This document shows positions 51,601 through 64,000 of a stretch of 64,000 bases of DNA, piece by piece. A model generated the notes under the pieces. That model was given only the letters and a program-made list of their open reading frames with translations, searched no databases and was not told where the DNA came from. The translations under genes and the position numbers were made by a program. Source of the stretch: Eledone cirrhosa (taxonomy: Eukaryota); NCBI GenBank assembly GCA_964016885.1, contig OZ024743.1:84816001-84880000 (forward strand), read 5' to 3'. Position 1 is the first letter of the stretch; each line of letters starts with the position of its first letter.

Positions 51601-54391
51601 GGTGGAAGGGGAGGCAGTGATAAGCAGCTACATGTTGATGTAGAGTGAAAGGAGTAATGATAGTGGAGGAAAGTGATGTATGCCAACACAAAGAGAGAGA
51701 GAGATGGATGGATGATGGTAGGATAGAGTGGAAGATGTCAATGAAGGAAAGATGGGTGATGACAAGGGTATTGAGTATAGGAAAAAGGGGAGAGGCTATC
51801 CTTCATTACATAGAAATCATGTTATGGGTGATGGAGGAAAGGGACTGAATAGAAAGACCCAAAGCCATGTCTTCTCATTATGTTTGTTATGTTAACCACA
51901 ACCATCCTTATCATCATCACAGTTTTACATCTATTTTCCATGCTTGTGTGGGTTAGACGGGCTGTCAAGTACTGAGGCCAGACATGTTAGGTGTCTCGCT
52001 TATACATTTCATTGGATGTGCTTTCTAACACCAACCACTTCACAGCATGTATCGGGTGCATTTTATTACCGCACCACAGCTGCCACCTGACGAGATGGAC
52101 TGAGTGCTTTTTATCATGACACCAGTACTACCGCTTCCCAAATCCCTCTTGACCACAAAAATGAATTTCACCAGTGGAAGCAGTAACACTTGGACAAGAA
52201 TGCCCCCTCCCATCCCAGAAACCACTGAAGTTATCACAAGCTAAATTATTTTTTATTAATATTTATCAAATGATGCAGCAAATCAAAAAAGAAAAGAAGC
52301 TGATCATCACAATGGACCAAGGAAACTGTTTCTATTTATCCATCCATTGCTGATACTGTCAGTTAGTTGAAACTCCTGGAAGAAGGAGCTTGATCAGATA
52401 CTACAACACATCCCATCTAAGCCTTTAACAATTTCAAGCCATTGCCTTTGGACTGGTACTTTATTTATCAATACTAAAGGGATGAAAGGCAAGGCAGCTT
52501 TGACAGGATTTGAACTCAGAGCACAGAGAGTTGAAACAAATAGAGAACCATTTAATTTGATGCACTAACAATTTTGCCAATTCATTGCCAGATTAACCCA
52601 TGCCATATTTCTGCAAAAATACACTAGTTATATGTTTTGATAATTTTTTTTTAAATAAGCAAAGATTGGGAGGGATTTAGTCATAATTAAAGTGATACCA
52701 TAGAACCAGAAAAATTCTTAGGTGGCTTGATATGAAAAGGGTTAAAATTTAGTTATGACTATTTCTAAGTTCAAATCATGCAGGGATCAACTTTGCCTGT
52801 TCAGGGGTCGATATAATCGACTTACCCTTCCTCCCAAATTGCTGGCCTTGTGCCTAAAGTAGAAACTATTATTATTGTCCTTATTAAGATCAGTGAATTG
52901 GCAAAGTTGTTAGAGTGTTGTCCAGTGGTATTTGTTCTCAGTTCAATTTTGCCTTTCATCCTTCTGAGGCTGATAAAATCAAGAACCAGTTAAGTACTGA
53001 GGGTTGATTTTATCGACTTTCTCCTTCCCCCAATTTGCAGGCTTTGAGCCAATGCTAGAAAGAATTACTAGAGTTACTGGTCAATGTTTTCAATATTATG
53101 CTACATGCATAGAAAATTCACAAACAGAGACAGAAACACAGACATGGAGGTGAGTGGCAATTGAAGTTTCAGATGACTATGTTGAAGACAAAGTTTCTTC
53201 TTCCCAACATCTGAAATAAATTTGAATATATGTTAGCTTAATGTAAGCTGCTTCAACAAAGGTTTTTATTTTTTTCTATGAAAAATAGTTGCACAAGCTG
53301 GGCATACAAGCCCCTGGAGACAGAAAAAGTGAACAGTATTACCTGCAAAGAATGGAACTCACGCCTGATGTATATAAGACAGCTGTGGCTACCATTATCC
53401 CAAAGCGAGACTGGCCACTTACCCGCTATTTTTTAAACCTTATATATAACAGCCAGTGGATGTCAACACTGGATCAATTGCAAGTGTAAATTTGATTCCC
53501 ACAGGCAAATCCTGGCTACTTTTTCTGTTTCATACATGGCCAACTTGTTTGGTTATTTTCACAGTAAAAACAAACAAAATAACCATATGTTGAAGAAGTC
53601 TACATTAAGCTAACATACTTTCAAAATTCAAAATCTGCTTAATGCTTCTTGAATACAATTGATTCTGTATTTGGAATAATACTTTAAAAAATATGATAAC
53701 AAAGTACCAGAGAAAATTAGGTTTGATGTTTAAGAGTCAACATATATATTTCCCCATCAAAAATTATAGACAGCACTAAAACAACTGCACCATTGATGGT
53801 TTTAACATGTTTATTATTTTTTTTTAATTTATCAAATAAAAATTGTAAATAAAATTAAAATAAAAGTGCTTATAAATGAGGATAAAATAACTAAAAAAAA
53901 TTTGAAACTAAAAAGGAAAATAAAATGAAAACAAAACTTTGACTGGAAAATGTAAATAGTTTGAAAAAGGCTACCTTAGTACCATTGCAGTGAAAACATG
54001 CTGCTTGGTTTGAAGATAAAACCAAGTTTTGAAATGATAGAAGGACTTAAGAGTGGAAGGCAATACAGAAACAGGTATTTTGTCTTCAATAATATGAACG
54101 GAAAGGATTAAAAAAAACAAGTTAAAAAAAAAAACGCCTATTGAATGAATGTGAGCAGACAAAAAATAAAAAAAAATAAAAATAAAAATAAAATATGAAA
54201 ACATTCAGATCACTGAACACACATTACAAGCAGAGATTAATAAAGTTGGCGATAAGGGAGTTAGAAAAAAATAAAAATAATAATAAAAAGACTACATATG
54301 ACAGATCATATCATGATTGTTGAGCAACAGAATGGCACTAGGTTTGCAAAATATCTCAATTTTTTTCAGACGAGAAATTGAGAGAATTTAC

Positions 54392-54448
54392 CTTAAAAGC
54401 TGTATTTTGCTGGTCATTTTGTCCTTTCCCATGGCAATGGACAGGTGT
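54392..54448 (-). CDS. Candidate 57-nt in-frame cassette exon in the large upstream MIER intron
   Basis: ttattaccag|ACA...TTT AAG|gtaaat. Phase 0 to 0, matching the phase-0 acceptor at 43892. Encodes TPVHCHGKGQNDQQNTAFK. Confidence 0.35.
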
Positions 54449-54669
54449 CTGGTAATAAATTTGGTATAAATCTATTCGGGTTTTCAATACTTCATTAAAA
54501 GGCTTTAGAACTTAATTAGACAATATTTCAGTGAAAAGGAGTATTTAGATATATATATATATATAGATAGAGAAAGATAGATATTTATATAGATAAACAG
54601 AGTTTGAGAATGAAAGAGATGAGTGAGAGAGAGAGAGAGATGAGTGAGAGAGAGAGATGAGTGAGAGAT

Positions 54670-54720
<51 letters not shown>

Positions 54721-55299
54721 GTGAATATTTAAGTAGCGAATAGTTTCAGCATTTGAGTTTAAGAGTTGGAGATATTCAACGGTCTTTTGGTTAAAACAAA
54801 ACAAAACAAACAAAAGGTTGCTTGTTGCTGTTTTTACAGCGGAGTGACAACTTCAACTTATGAATACATGTTACAGAAATAATTTTTAACTTTAAAAGAG
54901 AATTTGGTGGTGAGGAAGCATGTGGTGAGGGACAGGACGGATAATAAATAAAAATTTAAATAATTTAAAATGAAGAACCCAAAACATTAAAATTATCTTA
55001 ATCTTTAAAGTAAAAATATAAGTAAAAAATGATTAAATAAACATAAAAAATTAAAATTTCAGTTAAAAAACAAATCAACAAAGTGACATAAGGTGGGGAG
55101 GGTGTGTGCTGAAGTTGTCGATATTCAGTAGAATTAAGGGACAATTTAGTAAAAATAATTGGGGTTTCGTTTTAAAATACCCTCATCCCACCCACAAACC
55201 ATTAAAAAATCCACAAACGCCGAAAGGATCAACAAGTTTAATGTTTATTAGAAAGATAAAGAGAAAAATAACAAATCAAATAAATCTCAATATTTCTTG

Positions 55300-56060
55300 A
55301 AACCATTTTAATAAGACATTCTATGATTGCATCACATAAAGAATTGAAGTATTTACTACAATACTGCAAATTTCCAAAGATCTGACCAATAGTAAAGATA
55401 CTATAAACATTTGAATTAACCCTTTAGCATTTATATTACTTTATATTCACTATTGCATTTTCACGGTAAAGGCTTTACTTTACACAATATCGAATCTATG
55501 ATATTTTGATATTATTTATTTTGAGATCAATACCTTAATATCAGTATGAGTGGCCAGTTACAGCCAGTTTGAGCAGAAAGAGGTGAGAGAATTCTGACTA
55601 GATACGGCCAGTTTAAATGCTAAAGGGTTTAGGTATTTTTTGTTAAATTATTACAGGATATTAAGAGTTTTTTAACCAAAATAACCAATTAAATTTCAAC
55701 ATTCTGTACATTAGCAAGATATTTTTGTAAAGTATAAAATAGGAATATGACTGCATCACATGAAATATTAAAGTCTTTAGTCTAATACAGCAAATTTTCA
55801 CAATGATCTGTCCACTGGCAGAGATATTATAAACATTTGAATTAACAAACCACATGAAACTGCCTTAGCATGACATTCTTGTAAAGTACAAAACAGCATT
55901 ATGGCTGCATCACATTAAAAATTGAAGTCTTTGGTCTAATACTTCAAATTTTGACAACAAACTGTCCACTAGTAAAGATACTACAAACATTTACATTAAC
56001 AAACCAATTTATTTTTTATAGATATTTTCTGTTAAATCATTACAGATGGTTAAGAGTTAA
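55300..56060. repeat. ~150-bp tandem triplication, first unit interrupted by a TTAA MITE
   Basis: tgcatcaca...gtaaagatacta.aaacattt.aattaac occurs three times. Confidence 0.75.
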
Positions 56061-56404
56061 TAATAAAGATGACTTTATACAAAGTGAAGCAGCGATAGAT
56101 GAACAGTGATTGATTCCAATTCCTTTCCCAAAGCTATTAGCAATAAGAATGACAGTAAAATGGCTTTATTGAAGAAGTTGGAACCAATGGTGACATTCCA
56201 ACTATTTCTAACAAAAGATCAAAGACCTTAATTTAGGGGCAGAGCACAACGACCCAATTGCTCCAGGATCTAACCCTGACAAAATTTGAATCAAAAAGGT
56301 AAAGTTACATTAAATAAATGCAAGACACTCTACTGATTCTGCCATCCACTACAGTTATAATAACTTCTTAGAGAACCACCAGTGATTGTACAAATAAAGC
56401 ATGC

Positions 56405-56720
56405 ATGCATAGGTGAATGGTTAAGAAGTTTACTTAGCAATCACAAGCTTTCAGGTTGAATCATACTGTGCGGTGAGGGACAAGTGTCTTTGCCATAGCA
56501 TCAAGACAACTCAAGACTTGTGAGTGAAAGTGGGTAAACAGAAACTATGTGGAAGCCCATCAGATGGATCGTACCTGTAATTTAAAGATGCCACTTTGTC
56601 ACCTATTGTGTCACTGATTTAGCTTGGGAATTACAATTAGAGTATACATGTCTGTGGAATACTCAGCCACTTTAATGAGTTGGTCAAATAAATGAACACT
56701 CAAACTGATGGAGGATCCAT
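56405..56720 (+). mobile_element. Second tRNA-derived SINE family (copies near 17860, 26770-27030, 31380-31545, 59460-59770)
   Basis: Shared tggttaagaagttt...caagtgtctt...ttgtgagtg...gaaact...gaagccc motifs across the copies. Confidence 0.6.
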
Positions 56721-59700
56721 CAGAAAGAAAGTAAAATAGACAACTAAGTTTCCTTAATTCTTTCATCACCATGTTTCTAATGAAATATATTGCCCAAGAT
56801 TTTCAATTAATTTTGAAAATAATCAAGTATTTGGGGGGATAACTTTGTCATTATCAATCTGGTTTTTAGAGTGTAACTTATTATGATGAAAGGTATACAT
56901 TTAAAACAAACTGCCTTCATCATCATCATCGTTTAACGTCCATTTTGTATTCTATAACCAGGGTGGTTTGGTATCAAAAGGGTTAATGATATTTTCAAAT
57001 GAAAGATTGGCAGGAGAGTGTCTTTACAATGTCTCACAATATTGCTTTTGACATCAATAAGACATCTGGTGACCGTGTTTTACTCATGCAGAACAGGTTC
57101 TGGCTTGGTTTCTATGGCTGGATGCCCTTCCTAACGCCAACCACATTTACAGTGTGTACTGGGTGCTGGTATTTATTCTGTTCATTTTGAAAGATGAAGC
57201 TTATGGTGACATGCAAACTTAGAACTCGCAAGAATAAATATTAGATCATAGCTCTAGAATCTCAATCTAAATATCAATTACATCATCATTATTTTATGTC
57301 CTCTTTCCATGCTGGCAAGGGCTAGATGGGTTGTCACGGTCCCAGACAAGATGGTTTCAATACTATGCCATTTCCATATATTGATATGGCTTCAATGGCT
57401 GGATTCCCTTTTTAATGCCAACCACATTTCATGGAAAATGAACAATTGAGCTTAACCCTCCCACGATCATATTTCTAATGAAATACATTATTTCAATTGA
57501 ATAATGAAGAATTTCAAGGAATTTATTTAAATTATAGTACTATTTTAGTAATGAAATAATTCATAACACATGGTTCTTATATAAAATCATGTTGCAAGAT
57601 GTTAATTTAAATTGGGTAGTTTTGTTTCATAGAACCAGAGCCGTTTTAAGCAAGTTGGTATCAAAAAGGTTAACCTTTTAGTGAACATATTTCTAATGAA
57701 GTACATTGTCCACATATTTAAAATAATTTATTAAATAATCAAGAATTTAGAGGGATTTAGTAAAATAACTCACTTTCTCCAATATGAGACAGTGTTTGGA
57801 AGTATAGAAAGTACCTGTAAATTATCAACTGTCTCTAAATTATATTTAATATCACACTTCATATTCAACACCAAGTCATATATAAATATATGTACAAAAA
57901 TATACATTGTTTCTGTAAATAAGGTGATTTTATGTCACCTCTATGCAAGGAGCTGAAAACTATCACTCATACACCTTCTTTTATCATCAATTTTTGGGGA
58001 AGGGAAAGTCAATTATATTGACCCCAGTGTTACTGGTATTTTATTTTATCAATCTTGTAAGGATGAAAGGCAAAGCTAGCCTTGGTGGGATTTGAACACA
58101 GAATGTAAAGGGCTGTAACTATGCTGCAAAGTAAGTTGTCCAACGTTTTACCACTGACAATTCACCACCCTCATTGTTCTAATAATAATAATAACAAGCT
58201 GACCTAATTGATATGATGTTGCTCAACAGTTGAAATCTCAGCCAGTCTCTTTAAGCAAACACTCTTATCTCTCAATGGCCCACCCAACTGTAAATAGATA
58301 GTTCAGATACTCTATAACTGATCTCTTTCTTGCAGTACTTGGCTTAAATGTCCATTCATGGTTACAGAGACTGGGAGTCTAATAAAAACATCTATGTTTG
58401 AAGACAAAGTCATTTGTTGAGTCTCCAACAAACCTCACCAAGTACAGGATACTACTGAACAATAATTCTTTCAAACATTGGCACAAAGACAACAATTTAG
58501 GGGAGATGAAAGTTGATTATATCAACCCCAGGACTTAACTGGTACTTTATTTTATTGGCCTTAGAAGAATGAAAGGCAAAGTTGGCTTTGGTGGGATTTG
58601 AATTCTGAAGGTAAAAAGCCGTAACCAAATACTACAAAGCATTTTATCAGGTGCTCTAATGATCCTGCCAATCCACCACCATTACACTACTGAATAATGA
58701 TGATTTCTTTACTGACCACTGGGGCGGAAACATTATGGACAATACAATTAACAAGGACAGTGGGGATTTATATAAAAACATGTAATGACAAATAACAACA
58801 GAAATCCTCTGATTTGAGAGCACAACCCAGGGGTAATTAAAGAATTTTAAAGATCTGAGATCACTCTCAGCACCAAAGGTAAATGCCTCTTCATTCTCTA
58901 TTCTTTCCACCCTACAGGTAAATGCTTAAAATAAATCCTTTTACTCGGATCATTCTTAAGTTATCAGTCACTACCAAGAAGCAGAAGACATAGCATATCT
59001 GTGGGCTAGGGTGGTTGGTGAGCAGCCTTTTTAGACGTGATTTAGTATGTCTTGCACACAACACACCCAGACTGCCAAACTATTACACTTGTTAACTGAA
59101 TAAATGAAACACACACAAACATACTTATAAATCAAGCTTTAAATGAACTGTGAAAAAACAAAATCGAACACAACTGGTCGTAAAATAAATTAGGTGACTC
59201 CATGTCAAATCAGTCATTATAGGGTTAAGGTTTATTACAAGACAAAATTAAAAAAAATATTAAATAAATAAAATCAACTAAAACAGTATATTGAGTTATT
59301 AAAGTTTAAATGTCTACAGTGATTGTACGGACAATTACACTGAGAGAGACAGGCAGACATGCATACAAACACAGACATACAAACATCTCAGTTAATATGG
59401 AAACGAAATCGTAACTTGTTTTCCTTCAGAGTATCAAAGAAACAGAATGAAATAGATCTTAGCCGGTTCCAATGATGAGGGTTCCAGTTTGATCAACAGA
59501 ACAGCCTTTTCACGAATTAAAAAATCTAGTGGTTGAACATTCCAGACACATGTACTCCCTAATGTAATTGTCAGGAAGATTCAGTGATACATTATGACAA
59601 GATTAACTCTTTGAATTACAGCTAAGTCGGTTTGATAGGCTTTCAAACAATTTCTGTCTCCACAATTTCACTCACAAGACATGGATGGGTCAACCTGAGA

Positions 59701-60728
59701 CTTATGGTAGATGACACTTACTCAAGATACCATGTAGTGGAATTGAACCAAGACTTAATAATTGCAAGTTGACTATGTTTGACCAGGAAACACAGTGAAG
59801 TACTTTATTTTATTGATTCAGGAATAGTGAAAGGCAAAGTTGATCTTGATGGGATTTGAACTCGGAGTGTAAAGAGCTAGATCAAATACTGCAATAGCAT
59901 TTTATCCAGTGCTCTACCAATCCATCACTCTTACACAGTAAAATATTTACAATGGATTTGAACTGAGGAAAAACACAACAAAATCCATTTAGTTATTTTC
60001 TCTATCCTCCACAGCATCATTGTTTAACATCCATCTTCCTTGTTAGTAAGGGTTGGCTGTGTTGTTACAGACTGGTCAGTATTCATGCAAAGCCACTGAC
60101 CTCCAGTTGGGTTGGGGGCCCGACATATAAATAACCCTACACCCTACTGAGTGCATTTTATTGTGGTACCAGCACTAGAGCAGTTGTCGTGTCCATGACA
60201 CAACTGAGGCTTCCTCCCAACCCTTGTTTGGCAGGTTTTCTATAGTTGGATGTCCTTCCTATCATTAAAAACTTTACAAAGTGTATTGGGTGCATTTATC
60301 ATGTAGATTAATCAACACTAGTGAAGTTGTCATGTCTTTAGTTCAACAGATGAGGTCTCCTGACCCCTTGTTTGGCAAGCTTTCTAACAGCTGGATGCCC
60401 TTCCTATTGCAAACCACTTTACAGTAGAAATAAACCTGCTGGAAATCCAAGACTGAAGAATCATGTTTTAACTCTTTCATTACTATAAAATACACTATGT
60501 GTTTCAATTAATTTTGAAAATAACTTTTCCATTAGTGAGCTGTTTGACATTACATTAACATTTCTTAAAATTATGCTGAAAGATTTTAATATAAATAAAA
60601 ACATTTTAAAAGGACTAGTTTTATATCATAAAAGAAGGAGTGGTACCAAAATTATCTATAAATCTGACACACAACATAATTCCTGTGTGGTAGCAGATTT
60701 ACTTACATATCAACAGGTTAGAGAACTC

Positions 60729-60792
<64 letters not shown>

Positions 60793-61792
60793 ATGGGATA
60801 AAACAGGCCTTTTACTGACTAAAGAAATGTGATAGTTGAGCTGATTAGAGAAGCAACTGGGAATATTTAGAACTTTACAGATAATGTCACATGACAGAAT
60901 TGATCCCAACACATAAAACACATGCATATATTTATACAAACACATTAAAAACGTGCAGGCACCTACACACAAAAACACAAATCAGAAAACATTAGATGTC
61001 ATCTAAAGGTATGCTATATATACACTATCAAATCTGCTTGTGTATATATATATATATGGTGGCTGCCAACTCGTTTTCGAGTACGGCCAGTACTTTATAT
61101 CCATGTAGGAGAATCCCTACCGATGCGCTGAACGAGTGTGACGTTTCAGTTCAGCCAGAGACTTGAAAACTCTGGTACAAACACTAGACTTGTGACAATT
61201 ACTGACACATAGTGCTGGGCCCATGGTACCATGTGACGACAAGTGCAGAGAGATCTCCAGATATAAAGCAATGCCTGTGCCGTGAAGCTTTTATAGTGAG
61301 CAAAGGCACTGCACAAAGCCAGTCCCACTCTCTTAACCAAGATGATATTTACCAAAAAGAAGAACAAGTCAACATCATTGGATACCCATCAGGGTTGCAG
61401 GTGTTATATCAGAGTTTTCCTTCTCCTAGAATTCTACCTTGACAAAGGCTAAGGGGTCATCTCTCCCAGTGATTTTGGATGGCCATTGACTCTTAAGAGC
61501 TCCTTTGCCCTTTGTGTGTATGTATATATATACATACATACATACACACAGACAAAAGCAGATTTGATAGTATATATATATATATACACACACTAAGTTA
61601 AAGAGTTATTTGTTTCTAATACTTAGACATCTCAATGAAAAGATACAGCATACTAATGAATTATCAACTCAGAATTAATTAAACATTAAACTTAAGCCAA
61701 AATGGGGAACTATGAGTAAAACTGACTTATTTTAGACTGTCTAATTTACACTCCCCATCCAAATCAAGATTTTGGCTTAAGTTTAATATGTG

Positions 61793-61875
<83 letters not shown>

Positions 61876-63449
61876 CAATAACAAGTCAGATTTGCAGCTT
61901 ATGAAATTTTATTGCATATTATAATTGTTTTGATATCGATTAACTCGGGTTTGATCAGGTGATCAGATACAGACTATTAATGGACGGATAGCAGATATGC
62001 AAATTTACATTGGGTGGTTCCATACATATATATTCATATATGGTGATTCCAGCACTCAGGTTAAGCTAGAGTACACCAACTGTCAAGTCTATATCAAACC
62101 AACAAAGAAATATGCCAGAGCATTAAGTTCATTCTTGACTAGTAATATTTTCCCTGAATTCCCACTCTGAATAATGGTTTTAATTCCCTAACTGTCATGG
62201 AGATATAGCTTTGTTCAACTGTATAATGTTATATGAACACAATTTAACCCTTTACCATTCACATTACTCTATATATACTATTATATTTTCATGGTAAAGG
62301 CTTTACCTCACATAATATCGAATCTATGAGATTTTGAAAGTATTTATTTTGAGTGACCAGTTACAGCCAGTTTCCACAGAAAAAGGTAGAGAATTCTGGC
62401 CAGCTTGAACATTAAAGGGTTAATCAGGTTAGCATGAGCTCATAATATCAAACCTTGTGAAACAAACAAAATGTGTGATCAAACAGAACTATGAGTGAAA
62501 ATAGTTGGGATCATTGGGATCATGGTAAAGCTCCAGCTCAAGTCAACTGGAGCTGCCCCACACACATCAGGGTTGCACTAATTAACTGACAAATAATCGG
62601 TACTGGCCTTTTTTTTGCCGATTACTCACTGGTTTGGATAATCCCCCATTACTGTATTGTAACAAGAAAATCATAAGTGACAGAGAAATTGGGAAAATAC
62701 ATTGGATTCAACATCACCACCACTTAACGTACATTTTAAACATGGAGAAATATATTAAAAAATCACACATTATTTTCTAAGAAATACAATCTAAGCACAC
62801 CACACTTTTCTCAGTGCTTGAACATGCGCTGATCTACAAAAATGGAAATTACTTGGGACTGCCCAGGTTGTCAAAGTAGAAGAATATGTGAATTTTTAAA
62901 AAGAAATTAATAAAAAAAATTTATGAAGATACGGATTACTCTCTATGTAAACTAAACAACTAATTCTTGTTTTTAAAACAAACAACGGATATAGCCTAGA
63001 AAAATTACCCCCCCCCCTCATCATCTGGGACCCGAGAGTACATGTTTATTTAAAATTATTCAAATAACAAAAACAAATTTTCTCCATTTTCAAAGCATAG
63101 CAGATTTCTTACACTCCTATGTTACCTTCTACAGTAAAATCAGCTGAATTTTGTTTTGGTCGGTTAGATAGAAGTTCCATAATTGCGACTAATTATGAAA
63201 TAATATAACATAGTTAATTATAGGTGGTTGATAAGGCAATGCTGATTAATTGGCAAATTTGCTTATCAGTGGATCATTAATATATATATATATATACATA
63301 CATACATCATAATGTAGTTGCTGTAAGGTATATACTAATATATGTTATACAGGCAGCAAACATTATCTGATACAGGATATACTATATATAAAGTAGAGAA
63401 TTAAATAACAATAAGTGGTAGTTACAAACATTCGGCAAAACTTGTATGC

Positions 63450-63450
63450 A

Positions 63451-63499
<49 letters not shown>

Positions 63500-63580
63500 T
63501 ATATATACATATATATACATACATCCACACATATACATACACATATATATATATATATATATACATATACACATACACAC

Positions 63581-63611
<31 letters not shown>

Positions 63612-63912
63612 TATATATATACATATACATACATATACATATATACATATACACATATATATATCCATATACATATATATATATATACACATATATATAT
63701 ATATACACATATATATATATATATACACATATATATATATACACATATACACATATATATATACATATACACATATATATATATATACATATACACATAT
63801 ATATATATATACATATACACATATATATACATATACACATATATATATATACATATACACATATATATATATATATATACATATACACATATATATATAT
63901 ACATATACACAT

Positions 63913-63945
<33 letters not shown>

Positions 63946-64000
63946 CATATACACATATATATATATATATATATACATATACACATATATATATATATAT
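63450..64000. repeat. Compound (TA)n/(CA)n microsatellite
   Basis: Directly visible. Other long microsatellites: (TA)n 846-891 and 61795-61871; (GA)n 54620-54720 and 60732-60788. Confidence 0.97.

Noticed and set aside
58656-58911. ORF MERIENEEAF... behind a minus-strand acceptor, as a possible upstream MIER exon
   Set aside because: No MIER N-terminal motifs. Phase 0 hits TGA after six codons and there is no convincing donor.
63363-63986. Three long ORFs (172-207 aa) rich in Y/I/V/C/M
   Set aside because: Translation of a TA/CA microsatellite that lacks stop codons.

Overview
This is AT-rich, microsatellite- and transposon-dense eukaryotic genomic DNA. The SINE/LINE repertoire and the (TA)n/(CAT)n content suggest a coleoid cephalopod, probably Octopus (inference). 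The main gene is a minus-strand MIER-family (ELM2-SANT HDAC co-repressor) gene. Nine coding exons (43892 to 24895) splice at GT-AG sites with consistent phases into a 458-aa partial protein; its 5' exons were not found and probably lie beyond position 64000. The left 10 kb looks like a multi-promoter 5' region of a second minus-strand gene whose body lies off-window. The rest is SINEs, RTE/CR1/Tx1/CRE-like LINE remnants, TTAA- and TA-flanked MITEs, a Helitron-like insertion, minisatellites and long palindromes. The strongest leads are: an unannotated-looking 84-nt in-frame cassette exon between ELM2 and SANT; a TE-free intronic island with further candidate exons; tandem decoy copies of a real splice acceptor; and a perfect inverted SINE pair bracketing two ELM2 exons. 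No prokaryote-type system (CRISPR etc.) is present.
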